DNA of 64,000 nt, from NCBI GenBank assembly GCA_900545265.1, contig UQYI01000007.1, positions 32,278 through 96,277 on the forward strand, read 5' to 3'. Of the stretch, positions 55,142-64,000 are shown one piece after another. The notes beneath the pieces are model-generated. The model saw nothing but the letters and a program-made list of their open reading frames with translations, did not search any database and had not been told where the DNA came from. Numbering within the stretch: position 1 is the first letter of the stretch; every line of letters begins with the position of its first letter. The DNA comes from an uncultured Eubacteriales bacterium. Its GTDB lineage: Bacteria; Bacillota; Clostridia; Christensenellales; CAG-138. The position numbers were made by a program, and so were the translations under genes.

Positions 55142-56173
55142 ATGAGCCCTTGCGGCAGACTTCTCCTTTGCTGTATACTGAATGCTATAAAAGAAGTATA
55201 TCTTGTGACCGGTGCAGGCGGCTACCTGGGGCGAGCGGCAGTGGAAGCGCTTTTGCACCGGGGCTGCCGGGTGAGGGCTCTGGTACACAGCCCTCAGGGC
55301 GCCGCCAACCTTCCTGCCGGAGCCGAGGCCGTACCGGGCAGTGTTCTGGAGCCCGCTTCCTTGCAGGCCCTTTTCTCCGTTCCCGGAGAACCGCCCCTAT
55401 GCTGCATCCATGCTGCCGGGTTGATCTCTGTAAACCGCAGAGATCCTCAGGTGCGCCTTGTCAATGTGGAGGGCACAAAAAACATTCTGGAGCTGTGCCA
55501 GGCCCGAATGGCCAGGCTTGTATATGTATCCAGTGTAGATGCCCTGTGCCTGCCGGAAAGAAATGAGCCCGTTCGGGAACCGCAGCGCTTCTTCCCGGAA
55601 AAGCTGTCTACGGAGTACGGCCGTTCCAAGGCGGAAAGCGCCAACATGGTTCTGGAAGCCGCCAAAGGGGGGCTCTCCGCTTCCGTTGTGCTGCCCAGCT
55701 GCATACTGGGCCCCGGAGATGCCCGCAGAGGCTTTACCAGCATAATGCTGCAAGCCTATCTGCGGGGTATCCCGCCTGTAAGCATTACCGGCGGATATGA
55801 TTTTGTGGATGTGCGGGATGTAGCCCAGGGGATCCTTGCCGCCTGCCTGACCCCCGGTGGGAGCGTTTATCTGCTTACCGGCCGTTACGGCTCTGTAAAA
55901 GAGGTGTTTGATTGTCTGGCGGATTATACCGGGCGCCCCCGCACCCGCCTGACCCTGCCTTTAGAGCTTCTGTATCCGGCGCTGCCCTTTGTATCCCTCT
56001 ATGGTGCAGTGACCCGCCGCCGAATGCCCCTTTCCAGCAGTGCTTTAAAGCTACTGGCAGCCCATCCGCTATATGACCATAGCCGCGCCACCCGTGAATT
56101 GGGCTTTATGCCCCGCCCTCTGGAGGAAACCGTCCGGGACACGGCCGCGTTTTTGCTGGGCCGAAGCGTTTGA
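55142..56173 (+). CDS. NAD-dependent epimerase/dehydratase (extended SDR)
   Basis: VTGAGGYLG Rossmann motif, YGRSK catalytic motif. Start uncertain (no clear SD). Confidence 0.8.
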   Translation: MSPCGRLLLCCILNAIKEVYLVTGAGGYLGRAAVEALLHRGCRVRALVHSPQGAANLPAGAEAVPGSVLEPASLQALFSVPGEPPLCCIHAAGLISVNRRDPQVRLVNVEGTKNILELCQARMARLVYVSSVDALCLPERNEPVREPQRFFPEKLSTEYGRSKAESANMVLEAAKGGLSASVVLPSCILGPGDARRGFTSIMLQAYLRGIPPVSITGGYDFVDVRDVAQGILAACLTPGGSVYLLTGRYGSVKEVFDCLADYTGRPRTRLTLPLELLYPALPFVSLYGAVTRRRMPLSSSALKLLAAHPLYDHSRATRELGFMPRPLEETVRDTAAFLLGRSV

Positions 56174-56452
56174 AGCTGAATCAGTCTCTTATGCTGTATT
56201 GTCCATGCCGATGTCTGTGTGTTATACTTGCCCGGTAAATGCAACAGCATCTATGCATTCCGGCATGATATACTGAAGACCTGTTTTTTACTTTGCAACA
56301 GAACAGCTTTCTTTTTTCTTTCGTCTGACAAAGGATATTGGCTGAGGGAAAATAACCGATGGCGACAAAATAAATTACATTATCTGTTTTTAAAGGCAGA
56401 ATTCCAATTTTCCGGACTGCAAAGATGCAATAACAGGGGACACTGGAAGCTA

Positions 56453-57154
56453 TTGAAAACGTTCTTTACATACGGAGAAACCGAGCTTGCCTATTTGCGG
56501 CATAAGGATAAACGGTTATGCGCCGTTATCGACCGCATCGGTCATATAGACAGAACGGTAGATGCAGATCTGTTCTCTTCGGTGGTACACCACATCATCG
56601 GCCAACAGATTTCTACCAAAGCACAAGCCACTGTCTGGCAGCGGATGCAGGATGTACTTGGTAAAGTGAACGCCGAAACGATCCTTGCGGCAGGCGTTCC
56701 AAAGCTGCAATCCATGGGAATGACCTTCCGCAAAGCAGAGTACATCACCGACTTTTCTGAAAAAGTTCATGCAGGCGCATTTGATCCCAGTGCAGTCGTG
56801 CATATGTCCGATGAAGAGGCGATTCGGGAATTAAGTGGGCTGAAAGGCATCGGTATCTGGACGGCGAAGATGATTTTGCTCTTTTGTTTGCAGCGGCCCA
56901 ATATTTTCAGCTATGACGACCTGGCTATCCGGCGCGGCCTGCGAATGGTATATCACCACCGCAGCCTAGATCGCCAACGCTTTGAAAGATACCGGCGGCG
57001 GTTCAGCCCATATTGCAGTGTAGCCAGTCTATACCTGTGGGCAGTGGCAGGCGGCGCTATCCCGGGGATGCATGACTATAAACCGAAGGCATTAACCGAA
57101 AAAAATCCCGGCTCTTCAATAAAAAAAGAGCCTTCCATACTCCCTGATCCATAA
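56453..57154 (+). CDS. alkA: DNA-3-methyladenine glycosylase II (HhH-GPD, AlkA-like)
   Basis: HhH LKGIGIWTAKMILLF plus catalytic D in YDDLAIRRG. Probable TTG start at 56453 (there is no in-frame ATG nearby). Confidence 0.75.
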   Translation: MKTFFTYGETELAYLRHKDKRLCAVIDRIGHIDRTVDADLFSSVVHHIIGQQISTKAQATVWQRMQDVLGKVNAETILAAGVPKLQSMGMTFRKAEYITDFSEKVHAGAFDPSAVVHMSDEEAIRELSGLKGIGIWTAKMILLFCLQRPNIFSYDDLAIRRGLRMVYHHRSLDRQRFERYRRRFSPYCSVASLYLWAVAGGAIPGMHDYKPKALTEKNPGSSIKKEPSILPDP

Positions 57155-57175
57155 ACTTTTTTTGAGGTGTAAGCC

Positions 57176-57709
57176 ATGATTTTCATTCAGCATTATGATT
57201 CGCCAATGGGCGGAATTCTGTTGGCGGCAGACGAAGTCGGACTGACCGGGTTGTGGTTTGATGGGCAAAAGTACTTTGCCCGCGATCTGCCTGCTGAGCG
57301 CATTGAGCGGAACACACCCGCACTTTCGCAAACCGGTCGCTGGCTGGATATCTATTTTACCGGTAAGGAACCGGATTTTATGCCGCCTCTGCACCCCATT
57401 GGCTCCGCGTTCCGGCAGTCTGTGTGGAAGATTCTTTTGCAGATTCCCTATGGGCAAACCACCACCTACGGTGAGATCGCACGGCAGCTTGCAAAAAAGC
57501 CGGGGCGTTCAAAGATGTCTGCCCAGGCGGTGGGGGGCGCTGTGGGGCACAACGAAATTTCCATCCTCATACCCTGCCACCGGGTGGTGGGCACCAGCGG
57601 CAGTCTTACCGGGTATGCCGGGGGCATAAATAAAAAGATCCGTCTGCTGGAACTGGAGCATGCGGATATGCACCGCTTTTTTATCCCTCGAAAAGGCACC
57701 GCGCTCTGA
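57176..57709 (+). CDS. ogt: Methylated-DNA-protein-cysteine methyltransferase
   Basis: Active site IPCHRVVG, TYGEIA motif. Confidence 0.9.
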   Translation: MIFIQHYDSPMGGILLAADEVGLTGLWFDGQKYFARDLPAERIERNTPALSQTGRWLDIYFTGKEPDFMPPLHPIGSAFRQSVWKILLQIPYGQTTTYGEIARQLAKKPGRSKMSAQAVGGAVGHNEISILIPCHRVVGTSGSLTGYAGGINKKIRLLELEHADMHRFFIPRKGTAL

Positions 57710-57739
57710 AACTCTTTCGACATCCACCGCAAAAAGGTG

Positions 57740-57775
57740 CAGCCGTTTCCGCCCCCTGAAAGTGGCTGTTTTTTA
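57740..57775 (+). terminator. Probable terminator after ogt
   Basis: Bulged stem CAGCCGTTT/AAAGTGGCTG followed by T7. Confidence 0.4.
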
Positions 57776-58726
57776 CGGGCAGTTTTTCTTAAACACCAAA
57801 ACAGGTGCGGTAATATCTATAAGAACGGCAAATTCATCTTCCGGCAATTCCTTCCGGCTGTTGAAAATTTCCGATGTATACACCGTTTTCAGCTGATAAT
57901 TCTCCATCCACTCCTGTGTGCAGTAATAGACGCTCTCATCATTGGGCAGTCCGCAAACCGCAATACGGCCCGAAAGTGCTTCATCGGTATAGATTTGTAA
58001 AATAATATTGGAGGGCAGTGGCTGGGAAACAATGACTGCGTTGCGCAGCCGGTATTTCAGCCACTCTATGGGCAGCAGCTGCTTTCCGCACTTGTCTGCG
58101 GCGTAAAAAAGGCCTGCGCATATGGCCGCTTCCAACACGCCCATCACTGAAAACAGAACCCAATCCGTTTGGCTGAACGCATCCAGATCCCTGCCACCCG
58201 TCAGCCATACTGTGATAAAAATACCGGCAAACATCAGACCCGCGCGGCCTATCACCCACCATATGGCCCGTTTGTGTTCTGCCTGCAGGCGGTTCAGCTT
58301 TTCCTGCAGTATACCGGGCGCTTCTCTTTCCGGAGCAAAGGTTTGTCGACGGATCGCCGCGCACAGCGGCCATGCGTTTTCAACAGCTGATATACTGCAC
58401 CGTTTTCCGTTTTTCAGCAGAAAAAGCAAGGTGTATTCCTGTGCCATCACAAAATCCACCTCGTCTACGCTGCAATCCAGTTTGCCGAACCAGTTATATC
58501 TGGCTTTTATCCTTCCCTCTTCTACATGCAGATAGGCACCGTGATTATGCAGCAGAGAAGGAACAGCCAGCAAGCTGAAGGCAATCCCCATGATTAAGAG
58601 CACAGGAAAACCGGCAGGCACCTGTGGATCGACAACAGACAGGAAAATGTAAAGGGCTGTAAGAACCAGTCCATCCAGGAATAAAATCCAAGAGGTGATT
58701 TTTCTATGGATAAACACACCTGTCAT
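57773..58726 (-). CDS. Hypothetical membrane protein
   Basis: 317-aa ORF with about 4 TM and coding-like composition. I recognise no motif. Confidence 0.5.
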   Translation of the reverse strand: MTGVFIHRKITSWILFLDGLVLTALYIFLSVVDPQVPAGFPVLLIMGIAFSLLAVPSLLHNHGAYLHVEEGRIKARYNWFGKLDCSVDEVDFVMAQEYTLLFLLKNGKRCSISAVENAWPLCAAIRRQTFAPEREAPGILQEKLNRLQAEHKRAIWWVIGRAGLMFAGIFITVWLTGGRDLDAFSQTDWVLFSVMGVLEAAICAGLFYAADKCGKQLLPIEWLKYRLRNAVIVSQPLPSNIILQIYTDEALSGRIAVCGLPNDESVYYCTQEWMENYQLKTVYTSEIFNSRKELPEDEFAVLIDITAPVLVFKKNCP

Positions 58727-59001
58727 ACCATTTCCTCCCGCAGTTCTGATCCGTTTGCCAAAAGTATACTTGCCCGTTCGGCGCTAATCAAGAGGTTTTA
58801 TGCAAAGTAAGTGTTTTCTCCCTTTATGAAAGAGCTTTGCTGTGACACGCCGTTCATCAGGTATCAATTAACAGCATTCTTCCCCCGGTGTCTGCTCTGC
58901 ACAGATGCCGGAAGAATTTTTTGTAAAAAACCGCACGAATCTTGGCTCTACAATCGTTATAGAGTTTACAATGTTGGCATCGCGAAAAAGGAACAAACGC
59001 A

Positions 59002-59478
59002 ATGGAAAAGAACCTAACCACCGGCAGTGTATTCAAAAATATCATTCTGTTCTCGCTGCCGTATTTACTCTCATATTTTTTGCAGACACTCTACGGCATG
59101 GCTGACCTTTTTATTATCGGTCAGTTTGAAGGTGTTGCCAGCACGACTGCTGTTTCCATCGGCTCACAGGTCATGCACATGCTCACGGTGATGATCGTCG
59201 GGCTTGCGATGGGAACGACCGTCAGCATCGGGCAAGCCATCGGTGCGTGTGACCGCAACCAGGCTGCAAAGGATGTGGGCAATACTGTGACACTCTTTAT
59301 GGCGGTATCCATCACGCTGATGGCAGTCTTGCTTGTGCTGGTTCGCCCTATCGTTTCGGCAATGTCCACTCCGACAGAAGCCATAGGTAGCACGGCGGCG
59401 TACCTGACCATCTGTTTTATCGGCATCCCCTTTATCACAGCGTATAACATTATCAGTTCTATTTTCCGTGTCTTTTGA
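59002..59478 (+). pseudogene. MATE efflux transporter, 3'-truncated (first ~155 of ~450 aa)
   Basis: MATE N-terminus LPYLLSYFLQTLYGMADLFIIGQ... Homology stops at ..NIISSIFR, where GC content drops. Confidence 0.75.
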
Positions 59479-59571
59479 CGTCACCTATGATACATCAAAT
59501 AGCGCCCGTCATGGCTTTTTGAACTTTCATTTTGCCGTGCGGCGCGCCATTTATGCACCAGTTTTCCTTTT

Positions 59572-59868
59572 GTGCTCGGCTGTAATTTTCTTTTGCACCA
59601 GTTTCCAAATATGCAACTTACCATGAAAAACTTAATATCTTGTGCTTACAATATGGACAACTGCTGCGTAGAATTGAAATTCACCGATGGCAGCATGATT
59701 GCGATTGACACTAACGCAGTGGAGAACGAGGTTGCCGACGATATGTACCAGCGGTCAGAGTTGGGCTATCTAATCTACAATGCACCGTTGGAATATGCAA
59801 ATCTCATTTTGAACGGCGATCCCGAAACCTATCTAAAGACGGTTACAGAATACAAGTGTCTTGATTAA
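59572..59868 (+). CDS. Hypothetical small protein (start uncertain: 59611 or 59623 possible)
   Basis: ORF is followed by a strong terminator. No clear SD. Confidence 0.35.
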   Translation: MLGCNFLLHQFPNMQLTMKNLISCAYNMDNCCVELKFTDGSMIAIDTNAVENEVADDMYQRSELGYLIYNAPLEYANLILNGDPETYLKTVTEYKCLD

Positions 59869-59874
59869 ACGATT

Positions 59875-59927
59875 TAAGCCCTGCTGTTGGTCGATTAAGT
59901 GACTGACAGCAGGGCTTATTTTATTTT
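59875..59927 (+). terminator. Rho-independent terminator
   Basis: 13-bp stem TAAGCCCTGCTGT/ACAGCAGGGCTTA followed by TTTTATTTT. Confidence 0.8.
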
Positions 59928-60004
59928 GCATAGGTTATTTTAATTTGCAGTTTGTCGCTGTTGTAGATTGCTTCAATATTCCCACCCTGTAAATGGTAAG
60001 ATAA

Positions 60005-60094
60005 AGTATACCAATTTCGGCCAAGAGAAGTATACCACCCTTCGCCACGGAAACTGGGCCACTTTCGCCACAAAAGGGGCCACCTGCGCCACAA
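60005..60094 (+). repeat. Subterminal direct repeats AGTATACCA(C) x3 plus TCGCCAC / GCGCCAC motifs
   Basis: Copies at 60005, 60029 and 60085. This is typical of the multiple IstA-binding repeats at IS21 ends. Confidence 0.6.
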
Positions 60095-60163
60095 AGTATA
60101 CCACTTAAATTCAGGTCATTTTTCTGGTACAATGGCTGTATTCCAGAGAAAGACCGTGACGAA

Positions 60164-61131
60164 ATGAAGGGGTATCAAGTGTACAGCAAGGTTCATCAAA
60201 TGCGGGAGGCTGGCTTTTCCCAGCGCGCCGCAGCAAAAGCTTTGGGTATCAACCGCAAGACCGTGAAACGATATTGGGATATGGATGTGGACGAGTATGA
60301 GCATAACGCCCGGAAGATCGTTCGCATCCGCAATCTGGATTCCCGCCGGGATAGATCGTTACCTGGCTCCGGGAGTATCCTTCTTTGACAGCAGCCCAGG
60401 TCTGTGACTGGCTGAAAGAGCATTACGAAGAAGCTCACGCTGAGAGAACGGTGTCCCGGTATGTGAAAGAACTCCGGGAGGAATACCGCCTTCCCCGGCA
60501 TCCGAATCCACGAAGCTATGAGACCGTGGCGGAGCTTCCCATGGGGCAGCAGATGCAGGTAGACTTCGGTCAGACCACGCTCAAGAATGTGGAAGGAGGC
60601 TGGACGACGGTGCATGTAGCCGCCTTCCTGCTTTCCCATTCCAGATACAAATACGCTCAGTGCCAGAGCAGGCCCTTTACGGCGGCAGATTTGGTGGCTG
60701 CCTGCCATAACTGTTTCCGTTACTGGGGCGGGATGCCCCGGGAGATGGTATTTGACCAGGACAGCATCGTCTGTGTCAGCGAGAACAGCGGCGATATCGT
60801 CTACACCTACGAATTTGAGAAGTTCCGCCAGAACTGCAAGGTGGAGATCTACCTCTGCCGGGGAGCAGACCCCGAAAGCAAGGGTAAGATTGAAAATACC
60901 GTCAAATTCATAAAAGGCAATTTCCTCAATAACCGTCTTTATGTGGACGATGAGATTCTGAATCGAAGCTGTGTGGAGTGGCTGGAACGGACGGGCAACG
61001 CCAAAATCCACGGAACCACCAGGAAGATCCCGGCGGAAGTATTTCAGGAAGAACGGGAGCAGCTTCGTCCTCTCTTTGCGTTGATATTGGCAGTCCGTCA
61101 TATCCATAGATGGTTCGGCGGAAACAGGTAG
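60164..61131 (+). pseudogene. istA: IS21 transposase IstA, frameshifted (~60350) and C-terminally truncated
   Basis: HTH AGFSQRAAAKALGINRKTVKRY. A +1 shift is needed to read ..IVTWLREYPSLTAAQVCDWLKEHY. DDE core ..VDFG.., ..FDQDS.., ADPESKGKIEN. Homology ends near LRPL. Confidence 0.8.
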
Positions 61132-61289
61132 AAAAAGCCCCACGGGAGTGATTTCCCGTGGGGATTGCAGTTCTATTCTGTTTTACTGCTCCCACTCGGC
61201 TTTGTGGGCTTCCCACCATGCGGGGAAGTTGGGGTCTTTCTTTAGCTGGCCTAACAAGTAGGAAATATTACGGCTATTATCTATGATGT

Positions 61290-61440
61290 GCTGGTCATCA
61301 AAGACAATTATCTCATTGAGAAGGAAAATGTCACCCATTTTATTTCCGGCATGGCAATCGGCATTGATATGTATGCCGCAGAAATCGTTCTTGACTTGAA
61401 AAAAAGTTATCCTGGCATTACACTGGAACTCAGCTATGAA
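61290..61440 (+). pseudogene. Fragment of a SLOG (YpsA/DUF1273-like) gene
   Basis: THFISGMAIGIDMYAAEIVLDLKKSYPGITLE matches the central SLOG motif. The flanks do not continue the homology. Confidence 0.45.
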
Positions 61441-61682
61441 CAACTAAATACCCCTTTTGCTTTATCTTCTTTGGTGTTAAATGTTGAGATTTCCTGCAAT
61501 CGTTTTCACGACTTCATAATGTCTTTGCATTTTTTATAGCCTTGGGAATAGGTTACATCCAAACCAAGCTTAACGAATTCATCATACGCATTATCAAGCT
61601 TGGTTGGATTAACAACGAATGTACCGGCACCTTGGAAGCGAGGGGCTTTTGCCTTTCCCTTCATTTTACTGCCCTGTACCAC

Positions 61683-62804
61683 TCATTTTAACGGCGTCGT
61701 CACCTTGGTTTCCAGCTCGCAATGTGTTACATCACTCCAATGGCGGCGGATGGCAATATCAGCAGAAAGGTCAGTATTGTTATAGGAAATAGACCATTGT
61801 GTGTTGCTTGTGATGTTATCGGGGTTTGGGTCTTGTGCCGCCGCTTTCATTGCGTTCCACACGGTATCGTCGGTGTAATTGCCTTTTTCCGTTTCCAGCA
61901 CCTCCAGCACAGCGTCATAGCGTTCCCTGCCGTGACCGTAGATACCGTTTTTCTGATTTGGAAGCACCTCATCCTTATGACGAATAAAGAAATTAGTAAC
62001 CGCCTCTGATGGAGTATCTATCAGCTCTCTTAGTTCGCCGTTAATGTCATACTCTATTACTCTGCCATCGCCTGATGCATCGGTTATGTAGAAATGATAA
62101 TCTCTACCGGATGATGCGAACATATCATAGCTGCGCAAAAGCTCCACTGCTTCCTCTGTGGTCGCTGCCCTGTCAAGAACAAGTCGTATCGCAAGAGTAG
62201 TTGAAATGACAGGCTTGCCTGTGCTTTGACGTACAGGCTCACTATCAAGTGTCAACACAGCGATAGACACGCCCTTCTCATTCATACCATCAAGGCAGAT
62301 AAATGGAGCTGTTAGACTTGCTAGCTCTTTTTTGATATTCTCATCAGGCACATTTGCTGAAACATTGTCAAGAGCGGCAAAGGCAATAGACTTATATCCG
62401 TCCTTTGGAGCACAGTAAACCAACATAGCAGATGTATCTTTACTAAAATCGTAATTACGTCCCATATGAACGTCGCCGTCCGTATCGGTCAGACAAAACA
62501 CCGTACAGCCGAAATTGGGCGCTTTGATCTTCACAGGCAGCAGCGGAAGAGCCTCTTTCAGAATCGCGTCGATCATCGTCTGATCGTCCTGAATGCCGTA
62601 ATCGATCATATCGTCAAGATTGTAATCGTATTTGACATCCATGCGATAGAGATTGTATCCATCCGCGTAATCCGTAAGCCGCTCAATGCTGCCGATGGTC
62701 TGGATCCTGGTGAAATACAGTCCTAAAAACGCAAGCAAGGCGAATACAACGACCGCCAGAATCGCCAACGAAACGATCAAACTACGCTTCTTTACTTTAT
62801 TCAT
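61683..62804 (-). CDS. Membrane-anchored Ntn hydrolase (peptidase C45 / choloylglycine-hydrolase-like)
   Basis: N-terminal TM and a ~70-aa pro-region. Gly99-Cys100 (NFGCTVF) followed by GRNYD resembles autoproteolytic Ntn enzymes. Low GC. Confidence 0.7.
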   Translation of the reverse strand: MNKVKKRSLIVSLAILAVVVFALLAFLGLYFTRIQTIGSIERLTDYADGYNLYRMDVKYDYNLDDMIDYGIQDDQTMIDAILKEALPLLPVKIKAPNFGCTVFCLTDTDGDVHMGRNYDFSKDTSAMLVYCAPKDGYKSIAFAALDNVSANVPDENIKKELASLTAPFICLDGMNEKGVSIAVLTLDSEPVRQSTGKPVISTTLAIRLVLDRAATTEEAVELLRSYDMFASSGRDYHFYITDASGDGRVIEYDINGELRELIDTPSEAVTNFFIRHKDEVLPNQKNGIYGHGRERYDAVLEVLETEKGNYTDDTVWNAMKAAAQDPNPDNITSNTQWSISYNNTDLSADIAIRRHWSDVTHCELETKVTTPLK

Positions 62805-62830
62805 GTCTTATTCTCCTTTTTGGTTCGGTA

Positions 62831-62880
62831 TTATTCTGTAATAGAACCCGACCTTGCTTTCGGGTTGTATTACAGAATAA
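62831..62880. repeat. 20-bp inverted repeat between the two hydrolase genes
   Basis: TTATTCTGTAATAGAACCCGA / TCGGGTTGTATTACAGAATAA with 1 mismatch. Confidence 0.7.
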
Positions 62881-62931
62881 AGAGTTCAAGGGTTTCTTTG
62901 AGCGTTTTTATTTGTGCTATCCTTTTATTCG

Positions 62932-63771
62932 TTAATCTATATGATATGCAATATTAATGGGTACTTCCTGTTTTGAATTTAAATACGAAACCTTAATTCC
63001 AATACGTTTTGATTCTCCCTCTAAATTATCGTGCCAACGCAAGATAAATTCTTCTTCTGTAAGATATGTGTAACTGCCGGAAGTCGATGGATCCATAAAA
63101 TAATAGATATATGTATCTTTTTGCGCATCCTTCTTATATCCGATTAACACAACATAATGACCATCGTCTTCTGTTTCAGTCTTATAATCACCGTCATCTT
63201 TCCATGCCTGAATCGCACAAATAACAGGAGAATCATCATCAAGAGCTGTCCTTAATTGTATTAGCGAGCTATCCGTATGATCCGAATCGTATTCATTTGA
63301 AGCATAATCTACACACACAACCTCTGTTGCAATCACCGGTGTATTCGGAAAACCTTCTGTACGAACGGATTCTAAATATTCTGCTATATTCATATAGTTA
63401 GTCCCATTTTCCGGAGTTGCTTCAAGCTCCAAAAGTAATCGATCTTCTCTGGTGTCAAAATCGTATCCCGCATAGCGTAAAACAGATGCAACGCAAGCCA
63501 CTCCACAGGTAAAATTATGACTTTGTCTATATAACGGTAATTTTATAAGTTTACATATTCCTTTTTCATCCGTTTCAGGCAACGACGTTGATGAAACATT
63601 ATAATCATAAAATGTATTTCCTTCCGGTTCAGTATCGTTCAAGTAATACTCCTTCATCTGATTGGCAATACCTTCAGATTTCGGTTCTTTGTTTGCTGTA
63701 ATTATCATAAACAAAGACACAACAAATAAAAGAATTAAAAGCACAGGGATAATCTTCTTGATTGCTTTCAT
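62932..63771 (-). CDS. Membrane-anchored papain-like cysteine peptidase (C39-like)
   Basis: N-terminal TM. QSHNFTCGVACVASVL (Q..C catalytic context) and a downstream GHYVVLIGY His motif. GGAGG RBS. Low GC. Confidence 0.65.
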   Translation of the reverse strand: MKAIKKIIPVLLILLFVVSLFMIITANKEPKSEGIANQMKEYYLNDTEPEGNTFYDYNVSSTSLPETDEKGICKLIKLPLYRQSHNFTCGVACVASVLRYAGYDFDTREDRLLLELEATPENGTNYMNIAEYLESVRTEGFPNTPVIATEVVCVDYASNEYDSDHTDSSLIQLRTALDDDSPVICAIQAWKDDGDYKTETEDDGHYVVLIGYKKDAQKDTYIYYFMDPSTSGSYTYLTEEEFILRWHDNLEGESKRIGIKVSYLNSKQEVPINIAYHID

Positions 63772-64000
63772 TTTGAAATTCCTCCGATTACAAAGCAAAC
63801 ACTTATTTATATTATCCTGCTTTTGCTTTGCTGTGTCAAGTGGTACAGAAAAATCATAGGTCTTTTCTCTTCATATTTACCACAATTGCGGTGAAATATG
63901 ACTGCAATCGCATAGCAAGTACATTCTGTAATTGCTGTAAATTCATTTGATGTGTTTTACGCTCCAATCAATTCCATTTCCCCAATGAAACAAGGGGCAT

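Larger units (their letters stand above)
59988..61131 (+). mobile_element. IS21-family element remnant (left end + decayed istA; no istB, no right end)
   Basis: TG-initiated end near 59988. Multiple subterminal repeats. istA is frameshifted and truncated. Confidence 0.7.

Noticed and set aside
61183-61443. 86-aa minus-strand ORF as an intact gene
   Set aside because: Only its last ~25 codons (with a proper terminator) look like a genuine gene end. The rest overlaps, on the opposite strand, a recognisable SLOG-family fragment. I treat it as debris rather than an intact CDS.

Overview
64-kb chromosomal window from a high-GC (roughly 55-60% by eye) Gram-positive anaerobe. The gene content (FeoA-FeoB fusion, class III RNR, LCP/PAP2 wall genes, YesMN-type TCS) suggests Clostridia, perhaps Oscillospiraceae/Ruminococcaceae-like; this is inference and not verified. 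I count about 65 protein-coding genes and see no rRNA, tRNA or CRISPR array by eye. Housekeeping blocks are: nrdG-nrdD with tandem NrdR boxes, followed by a TrxR-like gene and dut; a dGTPase-dnaG-rpoD operon; ftsH; feoAB; and wall-polymer genes (2 LCP, 2 PAP2, a phosphodiester glycosidase). The stand-out is a 15.4-kb co-directional, tightly packed 16-gene cluster (15206-30601). It joins a PgsB/PgsC poly-gamma-glutamate-type synthase (no PgsA) to a GGT/CapD-like lipoprotein and three exported AstE/AspA (M14-like) zinc hydrolases. It also carries two DctM-like permeases, each followed by an unannotated 48-50 aa two-TM mini-protein, two orphan lipoproteins and a dedicated two-component system. 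Part of the cluster is a tandem paralogous cassette. Other notable points: NrdD carries a C-terminal glutaredoxin-like domain, and the adjacent TrxR-like protein lacks the HRRxxxR NADPH motif. There is a candidate yjdF riboswitch and an 86-nt GC-rich four-way nested palindrome. Decayed or accessory regions include a solo cas5c next to a 5'-truncated serine recombinase, a head-to-head truncation junction between uxuA and a YesM-like kinase, and an amino-acid ABC permease with an in-frame TAG. A low-GC island runs from ~59.47 kb to the window end; it truncates a MATE gene and carries an IS21 remnant, gene debris and two exported cysteine hydrolases. Many very long antisense ORFs in the track are GC-driven shadow ORFs.
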